Part shown: positions 1 to 12,348 of the stretch, one piece after another
Layout: every line of letters begins with the position of its first letter
Numbering within the stretch: the first letter of the stretch is position 1
Source of the DNA: Octopus sinensis
Lineage: Eukaryota
DNA: 45,831 bases
Direction of reading: 5' to 3'
NCBI RefSeq assembly: GCF_006345805.1
Contig: NW_021834650.1
Span: 1-45,831, forward strand
Made by a program: the position numbers and the translations under genes
The notes under the pieces: model-generated
Databases searched by the model: none
What the model was told of the DNA's origin: nothing
Seen by the model: only the letters and a program-made list of their open reading frames with translations

Positions 1-210
1 ATAATAAACGTGTTTTGATACTAATGTTGAGAACACTTTAGCGCTTTCCATAATTTCTAGTTGAGAAAACTCTTCAGTCAGAGTGCGATAATGTATATTG
101 TAATCTTAGATTCCAACATTTAGATTTCAGACTCCCCCGTACGCCTAAGTGAAAATATGATCTGTACAAAGCAAACTGGGCAGCAATTATACATGACGCA
201 TCTCTTGTAG

Positions 211-323
211 CCTGGTCTTTCACACATTTCTGATATTAAAGTGACTTTGAGGTTATCTGAAGATAATGTTTCCAAAATGACTTTTTCGAATCACATTTCA
301 ACGCAACTAGAACAAACACAGAA
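211..323 (+). CDS. Speculative exon (PGLSHISDIKVTLRLSEDNVSKMTFSNHISTQLEQTQ)
   Basis: tctcttgtAG acceptor at 209-210, open frame, GTAGGC donor at 324; phase-2 end matches the candidate exon at 651. No homology recognised. Confidence 0.15.
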
Positions 324-650
324 GTAGGCGTCCAAAATGGAAACAAATACTTCCTTAAAAAAATAACATAATTCTAGTTAAAATAAAAATTAATTAACCA
401 TCACCAGAAGCACCTTGAATCAACAACGATAATAAATCTCAAGTACAAATGATCTTCAGAACAGAACAACAGAGGCTTCATCCTCGACAATCAAAGGCAT
501 TTAGAAGACTTGGTCATTGAATAAAATTAAACGTAAATGAATAAATTAATAAAACTAAAATTATTGTTGCCTTTTAACGCATTAATCAACTGCTTGATCT
601 AAATAACACTCTCGAAAGAAGTTTGTGCGAGAACAATAACGTTGTTGTAG

Positions 651-915
651 TTATATAACTGAAGCTGGAATTGATATTATCTGTGGAAACAGGACCCAAA
701 CTTATCCTTGGGGCAACGTTAAGAACATAAACGTAGTAAATGCAATCAAACAACCCGACATGAGGCTTGTACCACGAGGAAGATACGTCATCAGCTTAAG
801 ATTCTCCCAACAAATCAGTGAAGAAATTGTGGCCTATATACCTATACACTTTGTATCCCAGCCTTGCAGTTTGCAAAGTAAAAAACAAAAAAAAAAAAAA
901 CGTGATTTACATTAA
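651..915 (+). CDS. Speculative exon/ORF fragment (YITEAGIDIICGNRTQTYPWGNVKNINVVNAIKQPDMRLVPRGRYVISLRFSQQISEEIVAYIP...)
   Basis: Stop-free for 91 codons (640-912) in non-repetitive DNA, protein-like composition, gttgtAG at 649-650. Product unknown. Confidence 0.2.
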
Positions 916-948
916 GCAATCGACCGATCACATTTGTCTCTCAGGTCA

Positions 949-1173
949 TTAACACTTTTGTAACCATATTTTTGAAGACATATATCAACATTCTTTCAAT
1001 TAATTTTGAAAATAATGAAGAATTTAATAAACTAGCTTTCTTTTATTAAGCTGGTGTTTGGAACATAAAATAATTTAGAATTTTAATAGATTTTAATTTA
1101 GATTTCTTTAAAACCAGACATTTTTATCAAAGAACAAGGTGCATTCTTAGGGTGGTTGGTAGTAAAAAGATTT
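949..1173. mobile_element. Degenerate MITE-like interspersed repeat (TTAACC...GGTTAA type)
   Basis: Begins ttaacactttt; body resembles my recollection of a common octopus non-autonomous repeat; termini decayed. Confidence 0.3.
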
Positions 1174-1480
1174 TGGGGGTGGGATTAAGATAATGAGGAA
1201 TTGAATAACTGAAGAGCAACGATTTCATAAATCTCAACCGTTATGGTTAATGATATAAAGCAGATGCTTTATTTATATTCCACATCATTTGATTAACTTT
1301 TAAATGTCTTAGGAAAGAGCTCAAGGCTCAGGCACCACACGACTTGGTTCCAGTATCAGTAAGGCCTCCAACAAAGCTGAAAGTAGCATTCTGTTCAGGG
1401 AATTTTATCTACATTGAAATACATAAAAAATTACGCCCGACACAATCAAACCAAGCCCAGCAACAGTCATGCGGAGAGTT

Positions 1481-1555
1481 TTTTTTTTCTTTCTAGTTTC
1501 AGCTCAGAGCTGCGGCCATGTTGATGCACCGCCGTTTGCTGATGCACCGCCGTTT
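1481..1555 (-). mobile_element. Extremely 5'-truncated LINE 3' tail
   Basis: gtttcagctcagagctgcggccatg...gcaccgccgttt matches the LINE tail at 17341-17381; local duplication of tgatgcaccgccgttt. Confidence 0.7.
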
Positions 1556-1584
1556 TATATTGTATATTTTATGTATATTTTATG

Positions 1585-1812
1585 TTACTCTTTACTCTTT
1601 ACTTTTTTTTACTTGTTTCAGTCATTTGACTGCGGCCATGCTGGAGCACCGCCTTTTAGTCGAGCAAATTGACCCCGGGACTTATTCTTTGTAAGCCCAG
1701 TACTTATCTATCGGTCTCCCTTGCCGAACCGCCAAGTAACGGGGACGCAAACACACCAGCATCGGTTGTCGAGCAATGCTAGGGGGACAAACACAGACAC
1801 ACAAACACATAC

Positions 1813-1843
<31 letters not shown>

Positions 1844-1899
1844 CATATATACGACAGGCTTCTTTCAGTTTCCGTCTACCAAATCCACTCACAAGGCAT
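1585..1899 (-). mobile_element. SINE family A, head missing
   Basis: Body and tail near-identical to the full copy at 4804-5211; flanked by tgtatattt(t)atgt at 1572-1585 and 1900-1912 (TSD-like). Confidence 0.9.
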
Positions 1900-2974
1900 T
1901 GTATATTTATGTGATTGTAAACATAGTAATATTATGAACAAAGTAAAAACGAACTCACTAGAGTAAATATCTACTGTACTATAGGATATTTAGTTACTCC
2001 GAACTGCTGGTCTCCCTCAGAAACACACACAAGCACAGGCATGCACACACACACACACGCACGCATGCACACACACACAGACACACACACAAACACACGC
2101 ACATACACACAGCGGGGATCTCAACGATCGCAGCAATGCACTCACCAGAATTCTAGCGTGTATTTGGTTAACTAGGTATTCAAGAACACAGGTGACATTC
2201 TCATCTCATTCCATCAGCCAGTGAATAGAACAAGCAAGGGGTATTAACGGTTTACCTGTCAACTGTTGAAAATGCCATACCTGACGAAAGGATTATTTAT
2301 GCTATGGAAACAAATAGTCATAATATGGGAACGCATGTAGCACAATTTGAAGAAACCCTCCACTCTTTTCATATTCTCCTATTATATATACGTATATATG
2401 AATGTATGTATATATGTGTGTGTATATATGTACGTATGTTGGTTGGTAGAAATAAAGCAGATGGTCGTCTGTCCAAAATGTCCAGAGGTGTGGAGAACTC
2501 AATGCAACGACTTAGAAATTGCTATAAATAATATATTCTGCTGAACTATCATAGATTGCAGTTATTAGTTTCACGTTTTACCGATTTCCATTTATACCGA
2601 TTTCAATTTAATTAATGAGACATGTTTATATGAGTGCATATACAATGGCAGATGGATCAGACAACGCATATGACTTCACATGAATAAAACATTACAGTAT
2701 TTCAGTAATGGATAATCGCTTTCCTTCTAGTCTTTTCTCCGACTCTCTTTTCTGGACACACGTATATATACGCACGCACGCGCGCGCACACACATATACA
2801 AATGCGCGTGCGCGCATGCATAATGCATAATAGTCATTATATAATTCCTTGCTGCATTAAATGATTTTATGAATGTCTGTCTCTCTGTCTGTCTATCTCT
2901 CTCTCTCTATCTAGCTATCATGTATAAATATATATTCATATATATACAGGCATATATATGAATATGTAAATACA

Positions 2975-3042
<68 letters not shown>

Positions 3043-3177
3043 CATACATACATATATATATATATAGATCATATGTACAAATAATTATATGGATCTGTAA
3101 ACGGTTGTACTTACACATCACATTGACACACGTAAATAACGTGTATATATGTGCGTGTGTGTTTGTGTATATTATAT

Positions 3178-3212
<35 letters not shown>

Positions 3213-3215
3213 CAA

Positions 3216-3260
<45 letters not shown>

Positions 3261-3834
3261 TACATATACACGCTTCTATATTCATACACATACGTACACA
3301 CACACACACACACAAACACATATGCAATCACATCCACATGGATGTATATATCTAAGTTAGTAACGTACAGTCATTGGAGACGAATATGTATTGATTTGAT
3401 ATTACAATAAGCTAATTCTTTAAGGCCACTTGACTTATGAAGTCTACATTTAGAAAATATCAATATCTCTTATTATGGAAACTGAAGTTATACGTCAAAA
3501 CCCTGTGTCTTCTCCAAATGGTGAAGTATTACTTTATCCCTCTCTGTAATAACACTTAATTGATATTACTTGATGTTATAAAGAACTACGTATGTGGTCA
3601 TAGAAAAATATGCTAGATATAGCAGTTAAATATTCTTCGAATTGCAGCTTATCACTTGGAAAACACTTACATAATATATTTATTACTTGATACACAATTT
3701 GGTTTCTGTTCTTCCTCTGTCTTTCGAAATAAATCTCAGTCGATTCTTCCATGTTTAGAAAGTAAAACAAATGTAGAAATTAACACACTATGTGCTACTA
3801 ATAAAGCTCTCTCTTCCAACAATAGCAAGCTAGA

Positions 3835-3985
3835 TGCAGAAAGGGTTGTGTGGACATGAAGCTCGCTTTGAAATCATGGGATTTCGAGTTAACACTCATT
3901 TCGCAGCACGCTGGGTATGCGTCTTCTACGATAGCCTTGTGAGCGTCTTTGTTAGACAGAAAATATGTAGATCCTCATGGGGTAT
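3835..3985 (+). mobile_element. Degenerate SINE family A head
   Basis: gtgtgg...aagctcgc...gtcttctacgatagccttgtgag aligns to the family A 5' half. Confidence 0.55.
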
Positions 3986-4064
3986 AGACGTGCGGCTAAT
4001 GAATATCTCGGTTATCAAATACACAGATTTCTTTTTTTTTTATTATTAAATTTCAGTTCAAGGA

Positions 4065-4110
4065 GGCGTACAGGTAGAATCGTTAGCAAGTCTGGTAAAT
4101 TGCTTAGCAG
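4065..4110 (+). mobile_element. SINE family B head fragment
   Basis: gaatcgttagca...tgcttagc matches heads at 33491 and 33971. Confidence 0.55.
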
Positions 4111-4260
4111 TTTCCGTACCAAATTCACTCACAAGGCTTTGGTCGGCCGGATGCCAATAGTAGAAGACACTTGTCCAAGGTGTCACGCACTGGGACTGAA
4201 TTTGGAACAGTGTGGCTAGGGAACAAGCTTCTTGCCACACAGCCACACCTGCACCTATAA
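4111..4260 (-). mobile_element. SINE family A head portion
   Basis: Reverse complement of the family A 5' half (ccacacagccacacctgcaccta end). Confidence 0.8.
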
Positions 4261-4287
4261 AGGAGCACAAATGTCAATGTGTGCATT

Positions 4288-4290
4288 GTC

Positions 4291-4327
<37 letters not shown>

Positions 4328-4524
4328 ATCGTTTGACAACCGATGTTCGTGTGTTTACATTCCCGTAATCTAGCAGTTCAGCAAAATCGTTCGATAGAGT
4401 AAGTACTAGGCTTACAAAGAGTAATTCCTGGTGTCTATTTCTTCTACGAAGAAACCAACCATTTAACGCGGTGCTCTAGCATGGCCGCCGTCAAAATGAC
4501 TGAAACAAGTAAAGACATAAAAGA
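4288..4524 (+). mobile_element. SINE family A 3' portion, diverged
   Basis: ttgacaaccgatg...gcggtgctctagcatggccgccgtcaaaatgactgaaacaagtaaag. Confidence 0.8.
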
Positions 4525-4803
4525 ACAATGTAGTCCTGGATGCACAATACCCGAAGAAAAAGCGAAATGGTCATGGGTGAAAAGATTTTAGGCCATTGTT
4601 CGGTTTCATAAGCAAAGAGACAACAGCAACATCATTAGCAACATCAACAATAACATTAGCAATGACAACAACAACAATAGCAACAGCTATGACAAAGCAA
4701 TAGCAACAACAAGATATTGCGTTTAGAAGAAAACTACCGACAATTACTGTTTATGAATGTGTCATTCCGAATAATTAAGGAAAATTATAATGAGACACAC
4801 ATA

Positions 4804-5211
4804 GGCGCAGGAGTGGCTGTGTGGTAAGTAGCTTGCTAATCAACCACATGGTTCTGGGTTCAATCCCACTGCGTGGCATCTTGGGCAAATGTCTTCTGCT
4901 ATAGCCCCGGGCCGACCAATGCCTTGTGAGTGGATTTGGTAGACGGAAACTGAAAGAAGCTTGTCGTATATATGTATATATATATATATGTATGTGTGTG
5001 TTTGTGTGTCTGTGTCCCCCTAGCATTGCTTGACAACCGATGCTGGTGTGTGTTTACGTCCCCGTCACTTAGCGGTTCGGTAAAAGAGACCGATAGAATA
5101 AGTACTGGGCTTACAAAGAATAAGTCCCGGGGTCGATTTGCTCGACTAAAGGCGGTGCTCCAGCATGGCCGCAGTCAAATGACTGAAACAAGTAAAAGAG
5201 TAAAAGAGTAA
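4804..5211 (+). mobile_element. Full-length tRNA-derived SINE family A
   Basis: Pol III A box TGGCTGTGTGG (4814-4824), B box GGTTCAATCC (4857-4866), internal (TA)n(TG)n tract, LINE-like tail ending (GTAAAAGA)n; about 15 related copies in window. Confidence 0.92.
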
Positions 5212-5319
5212 GCTAGATTCGATCCCCCGGCTGAGGATCTTACTTTTTTTATTCTATCCAAATATCAGAGACAATGAATAAGACTTGAAGGATTTTTGTA
5301 TACAGTGAGCAGAATGGGG

Positions 5320-5447
5320 AGGAGTAGGAGAAGGAAGAGGAACAAGATGATGATGAAGAAGACGACGAGTAAGAAGAAGAAGAAAAAGAAGAAGAAGAAC
5401 AAGGAGAAGAAGAAGAAGAAGAAGAAGAAAAAGAAAAAGAAGAAGGA

Positions 5448-5507
<60 letters not shown>

Positions 5508-5725
5508 GAAGAAGAAGAAGAAGAGGAAGAAGAAGACGAAGAAGAAGAAGAAGAAGAAGAAGAAGGCGAAGAAGAAGAAGAAAATGGACTGGTGAATAAG
5601 ACGAAGAGGATAAAGAAGAAAAAGAAGTAGGAAAGATTGCGAAGAGGAACAGATGATTAACTATTATTACTATTATCAAAATTATGAAGATGATGATTGT
5701 GATGGTGATGATGGTGACGATGATA

Positions 5726-5765
<40 letters not shown>
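5320..5765. repeat. Compound trinucleotide microsatellite (GAA)n/(AAT)n/(GAT)n
   Basis: Directly visible. Confidence 0.95.
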
Positions 5766-5766
<1 letters not shown>

Positions 5767-6048
5767 GTGCACAGTCGAAGAGAGGGAGCGAAAATGGGGA
5801 ATAAAACTTATGATAAAAGATGATAATGAAGGAAGTTAGTTCGGCGCTGACCCCAGTCTGCCGTCCTGTCAAAATTCAAGTTTGATGAGACAAAACTAAT
5901 TTATTTCGACGAATAATGTTTATTATTTTTCGACAGGGTGAAATTTAATATGTTGGATTTTATGAGTTTTTAAGATATGCGATATATGATGATTATATGA
6001 TGATCTTGTCTGTGTGTTTATGTTTGTATGTGGATATTGATATATAAG

Positions 6049-6060
6049 CAAACACACACA

Positions 6061-6107
<47 letters not shown>

Positions 6108-6345
6108 ACACACACACACACATACACACACACACAACAACACACAACACATACACACACACACACACCACACACACACACAATCACACACCACACACAC
6201 CACACACACACAATCACACACACACACACACATACACACACACACACCACACAATCACACAACACATACATACACACACACCACACACACACACAATCAC
6301 AACACACACCACAACACACACACAACACCCACAATCACACACACA

Positions 6346-6388
<43 letters not shown>

Positions 6389-6410
6389 ACACAAACACAT
6401 ACATACACAC
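6049..6410. repeat. Interrupted (CA)n microsatellite
   Basis: Directly visible. Confidence 0.95.
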
Positions 6411-7944
6411 ACCTATATATATATATATATATAATACATATACATAGATATGTGTAGATATGTGTATATATGTATATATATGTATATAAAATTCATATGT
6501 ATGCACATGTGTATGTGTATTTATATATGAATGTATAAGCAAACGCTTATGTGTATGTGTATGTTTTACAATTAGAAATAAATGATTGATACATGTGTAG
6601 AGGAAGAAGAGGAGGAAAGAGTAGCAGATGAAGACGAATAAAGAAAGATAAAAAGGAAAATGAAGGAATACAGAAATGAAAGTAGAAGTGACGGAGAAGA
6701 TGAAAGATTAATAACCTAGATTAATAGATTATAAGGCATAAATAATAAAAAAAGCAAAAGTAACTGAATTTATGAGTTCTTAGACAAATACAATACCTAG
6801 ATTTTTTTTCAATAGACAATGCTACCGAGAAATTTTAAATTACGTATCTAAATACATATCTATTCATCTTTTTATGACAAGTTAAGTTTCGTATATGAGG
6901 CCAGAAAATATTTAAATTATATTTAGAGCATGACCTAAACTCCTACACTTTCAATTTTAAAAACCAAAGAGTAATTCACATTTGAACAGCTACTGTATAT
7001 CTTAAACAGGTGTGTACTTGCCATTTTTGTTCATTTGATAGATGAAAAGTGTCAAAAGCCGTTTTTACTGGCCAGCTAAAATACCATATGCTTTTGTAAA
7101 CCCTTAAAAGTTTCATTACAAAAGAGCCGACACACTTATTTACTAAGTGTTAAATTTCGGACGAAACTTTGAGCTTTGGCCTTTACTCTGCCAGAGCGAA
7201 GAATTATATCCAATAAAACCAAAAGAAACCAAATCTTATGACACATCTGCTGATTACAAAAAACTTACTCTACATACCTACTTATTTTTTGTGAACGGCT
7301 AAAAACAATCCCATGACCTGAAGCTGATACACTTGAATATACACACTTGTTTATAAGGATCTACTGCTTGTATAAAATCCAAAAATATATATATATAAGC
7401 CTTAAATCTAATCAATAAAATCTACCCTACAACCTAATCAACATTCATTGCACTCCATAAACCCCAGGAACATTTTATATCAACAGAGACTATATAAAAC
7501 CAAAATTAACATCACAGTTCGACGATGTCTCAGCTGGCCAAAACATCGACGTCCCTGCCAATACTATTCTTTTGAAAAACAATAAATTTGCACTCTACAA
7601 AAGTATGGAGTAATACTTCATATTGATGTAAAATTGTTTTTCTAACTGAACAGAAAAAAACACACACTCACACACAAATATGCACGCACGGTGTGTGTAT
7701 GTGTGTGTTAGAAACATCGATGTGTGGGAATCTGACAGGTGGCAGTAGTGGGCCGATATGTTGTTTTTACACATTTTTTTTTACCATAAGACGGAATTTT
7801 TCTCCACAATAACTGCTGTGAATTTGCCTTTAGCAACTGAAATATGTCACAAACATATTTTAACTAACCTGAAGTTCGAATATGCCTAAAGACTGTAATA
7901 TTACTGTAATCTCTCTCTATCTCTCTCTCTATTATATACATACA

Positions 7945-7980
<36 letters not shown>

Positions 7981-8076
7981 ATGGTAAGACAACAAAAGAA
8001 TGAAAGAGACTTCGCCGTTATGTAAACAGAGGAATTTATATGTAAAATTAATATGTAATAATTATTTGGTAGCCAT

Positions 8077-8137
8077 GATAAAACTCCGTGTTTCGGATGT
8101 CGGGGCAGAAACCCACGCCGCCATCTCTTCAGTTATC
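8077..8137 (-). ncRNA. Type I hammerhead ribozyme motif, Penelope-associated
   Basis: Minus strand: GATAA-CTGAAGA-stem II (gatg...catc plus one extra C)-GAAAC-acgga-GTT-TTATC; stem I GATAA/TTATC; predicted cut after 8082. Confidence 0.65.
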
Positions 8138-8260
8138 CGGCCATCGAAAAAATGCCCGCTTAATAAGGTCTGTAATTTTCTCCAAAAGTGTCTTAGAGTA
8201 TAGTTCCTTTGATGGTATTGGTATGTTTTTCATAGAGTAATCGATGTAGTAGGCGTCCAT
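8129..8260 (-). pseudogene. Penelope-like element ORF N-terminal remnant
   Basis: MDAYYIDYSMKNIPIPSKELYSKTLLEKITDLIKRAFF resembles the recalled PLE N-terminal motif YSxKNIPIPS...LIEK...IKRMRWKAFF (MRWK deleted); abuts the hammerhead. Confidence 0.75.
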
Positions 8261-9568
8261 ATTGAATTCTTCTGCGGGGCAGAGTTCTCAACCGATATAT
8301 ATATATATATATATATAAGAGTAGAAATTAATATCAAATAATATAAATTTCAGCCAGTAGTCAGCACACTTAAAACACGTCTGAAGACCGTGAATTATAT
8401 TTAAATATAAATAAGAGGAGAGACTACTAAGTGAATCCCTTGTATGCTAAAAATAGACATCAACCCGTCCTGCCACGAAATCTGTGTTCTCAAATTATCA
8501 AGACGCTAGATGTTTACGAGCTAGACAAATGAAAACAAATAAACATAGTGCTTAATTCCATATGTTAAGGTTTCGATATGAACAATTTAATAATTGTCTG
8601 TGTCTCCTTAGCGAAATCAGTGTTGACACAAGAATGGAATTGGGCACCACCCGTCTCCGGTGTAAAGAGTTCCAATATAATTTATTTTAACTTCGAGTTA
8701 AACGCCCTCGTACTAGAGCGCTCAGCTAGAAAATAACTGCAATGAATACTATTCAGCAATGAATCAACTGGCTAGAGAACACAGATATTTGAAATTGAAT
8801 AATAAAAGTAGAAATTAATATTATTAAATAATATCAATTTCAACGAGTGGTCAGCACACTTAAAATAAAATTATATAAGCAGTTTTAGTACCGAATTACA
8901 ATATGTATATCGGTATTTATATTGTGAAAGAATCACGTTCGACGTATGGTGCTAAAAGGCACAGAAGTATAAAATAGCAGAGAATAAAATGTCTAGAACA
9001 GGAGGTGGATCCTTTTTTGTCTGTTGCTGGTGCTTCTCTGGCTTCTAGCACTATACGTCAATACGAAATTCTTTCTCAACATGAATGGCGCATTTTTATG
9101 TTGTTATAGTACGCCTGCTTTCAGTTAGATATACCTACATACACACACACACTCACGCAAATACACACAAACACATATGTACGCACAACACACACATACA
9201 TATCACACACACATCTACTTAAATCATAGACATTGGAAAAGGCCTCATAACTTGCAGTATTATAAAAATGTTAAGGATATATGTGCTTTAAGCATGATAT
9301 ATTGATTCCTATTTTGAGTGAAAAGGGATTCTGTCGGTCATAACGAATATGTCAATATGTCTATATGTGTAGAACTCATATGAAGCTCTTTTGGATTTTT
9401 GGATTTTACTCAAAGGATATTGGAATATTGCATATATACCATTATGGCTATAAAACGGATTTACAACTTCAATACCCATACATATCTTACATCTATTTTC
9501 TTTCTTCCACTTCACTCTCTATTTTTATCACATCTAAACTAACTATGACTTAATTTTCCTCTCACACC

Positions 9569-9620
9569 GTCTACGATGAAGGGATATTATTAATTAATAT
9601 CCTAGAAACAGTTGTAAGAC
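9569..9620 (+). ncRNA. Degenerate minimal type I hammerhead motif
   Basis: GTCT-(AC)GATGA-9-bp stem II-GAAACAGTTG-TA-AGAC; two substitutions in the CUGA core. Confidence 0.45.
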
Positions 9621-9745
9621 CTTCTATCTATAAATGCTCTAATATCTATACAGCCTTGGTTTTTTGTCTTATTACGCAAAAAGTTCTGATGTACATACAT
9701 ATGTATATATATAAATATATATATTTACGCAGTTAAGACTGGATC

Positions 9746-9896
9746 GAAACTTCGGCCTTTTCCAGACTCGCTTCTCCATTAGTATATATGTTTTCGTCAA
9801 TGTATACACATTAGCGAATTGCTGAACCATCCTTTGATTTGGATGACGAAAACGTATATACTAATACAGAAGCGAGTCCGGAAAAAAGTCAGTTTC
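9746..9896. repeat. Long imperfect inverted repeat
   Basis: Arms 9758-9799 and 9844-9885 (42 bp, 4 differences), extended by gaaact/agtttc. Confidence 0.85.
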
Positions 9897-11155
9897 ACGC
9901 CAGCCCTAACTGATGAGGCAACGAAAACTGCCGAAACTGATGTCATTATTAAGAAATCTCGATCGGCATTTTTTGGACGATCAAGGTCCCTGTTAGTGTA
10001 TATGTTTACATTTATTTACGCTGACTACAGCATTGGAGCATGATAACTCTTATTTCTAGCAATGTAAGTGTTTCTAACACCCTAGTCACATTTAGCGACA
10101 ATTATAATTCTCCTTTATGGTGAAATATTTCAAACTGCTATATATATATATATATATGCTCATGCATGCATTTGTATATTCCTGTCTTTGAGTTTGTCCT
10201 GCACCTATTGCCTGTGAACAGTTTTATCTTACTGTCAATATTCGTTGTGTGGCTGATTGCCTCAAATTGAAGGTTCCACTGAAAAGTAAATGATATTAGC
10301 GTATCGATCTATGAAGAAGCGATATCTGAATGTCACGACAATCTTGTCTTTAAATACATTATTCAATATGTTTTTTTTTAAAATTCAAAACAAGAATCGT
10401 GATGTGACAGAGGTTTATCGCTTTCGTCGTAGGATGAGATACGTATACTCCAGAGGAGAACTGAGTCATCAATGGACATACTGTTGAATGCACACACTAC
10501 TCTCTTAAAGAAAGATTGATACATTGTGTAATAATATGGGTACATTATGGGTAAATATAAATGATTATAGGGTAAATTGGGACATATTTTGCAAACAGAT
10601 TTACGGGATTTTTGAGATCCTTTTATTTCATTTCCTTTCTTAGAAATTACAGCAATACCAAAGTATTCGTCCAGAACAAATGCAAAAAATTCTAGGTGGT
10701 CATGCTAACAACTAAAAATAAAAGTCTAAACTTTTCAAATTATCTTCTTAAAAAAGGTAATGATGAATTGGTTAATTTGTTTCTAGTTACAGAATATCTT
10801 AAAATAAAGTAGACGGATTGGACACAGCCGGAACGTCTCTGTTCATCGATCTGATCGGCCAAGACTTATACAGGGTTAAACAAGAACTACATGTGTCAGT
10901 AAGGCAATCATAAAAAACTGCTACTACGCCCCATATCACGCTTATGGAATCTAGACAACCAAACCTCGTAGTAAACGTTATACCAAATACTTCCATCCTG
11001 CTAAGAACTTTCTGGAATTCTTTCCAATTATATATTTCACATGACGAACATCACGAAATTAAGCTGAATATAACTGTATCGATTTGAACCGTCTGGGTGA
11101 AGTAGCAAAGTCTTATAGACATTAATTATTTCTTAATACTACAAAAATAGAAAAG

Positions 11156-11156
<1 letters not shown>

Positions 11157-11238
<82 letters not shown>

Positions 11239-11311
11239 ATCTATATATCTATCTATCCATCTATCTATCTATCTATCTATTCTATCTATCTATCTATCCA
11301 TCTATCTATCT

Positions 11312-11369
<58 letters not shown>

Positions 11370-11408
11370 GTCTGTCTGTCTGTCTGTCTGTCTGTCGGTC
11401 TGCCTGTC

Positions 11409-11476
<68 letters not shown>

Positions 11477-11583
11477 GTCTGTCGGTCTGTCTGTTTGTCT
11501 GTCTGTCTATCTATCTATCTATATATCTATCTATCTATCTATCTATCTACCTACCTATCTATCTATCTATCTATCTATCTATC
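11157..11583. repeat. (TATC)n/(TGTC)n compound microsatellite
   Basis: Directly visible. Confidence 0.95.
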
Positions 11584-12231
11584 TCGCTACACACATACAC
11601 ACGTACACACACACACATAAACACACATATATAGACGTGTGCCTTAATAAAATGGCACATCTTGGACAAGGGAACAAGAATATAAAATAGGAACGCTGCG
11701 AACTCTATTCTATGCATGAACAAAACATTCCAAATCGTTAAACAACCAATGAATAGGAAACTGGAAATATTATCCAATTATTGTTATCAGGTAGAATTCT
11801 ATCTTGAAATTTGTTGCGCATAAAATGTCGAACTGGGTTATGTATTGCAGACATGCCAATTGACAATGGTACGTCAGACCTGACAGTTTATTCCTTACAT
11901 TGTAGCTACCTCTGCCTTAATAAGCGTCGTTAGAATACCCGAATCTGTTAATTTGACTCCGGCAGATGTTAAGAATTTAACATATACAGAAATTGTAGAG
12001 ACGTTTTATGGCTTAGGATCATTCACATAATTAAATAAAACTAAGCTAAGATACGTAGAACAAGGTAAGCGGTGGCATGAATTTGAGCAATAAAAATGAA
12101 TCATGCCGTATTAAATAGCATAGAAAATCAATTCTTGATTTACTGAAATTATCTTGGCTTTGAGAGACGGTACAGCAATAAATAAAGATCCAATCTTTAT
12201 TTTACTTTTATTCTATGTATAGAGTTATGTA

Positions 12232-12334
<103 letters not shown>

Positions 12335-12348
12335 AAGATATACAAAAT

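Noticed and set aside
5254-5872. Poly-K/N/I/H ORFs
   Set aside because: Trinucleotide microsatellites.
8378-8600. Possible hammerheads (CTGAAGA at ~8380 on +; ctaagga...GAAAC at ~8550-8595 on -)
   Set aside because: Core mismatches and no convincing stem I or cleavage triplet.
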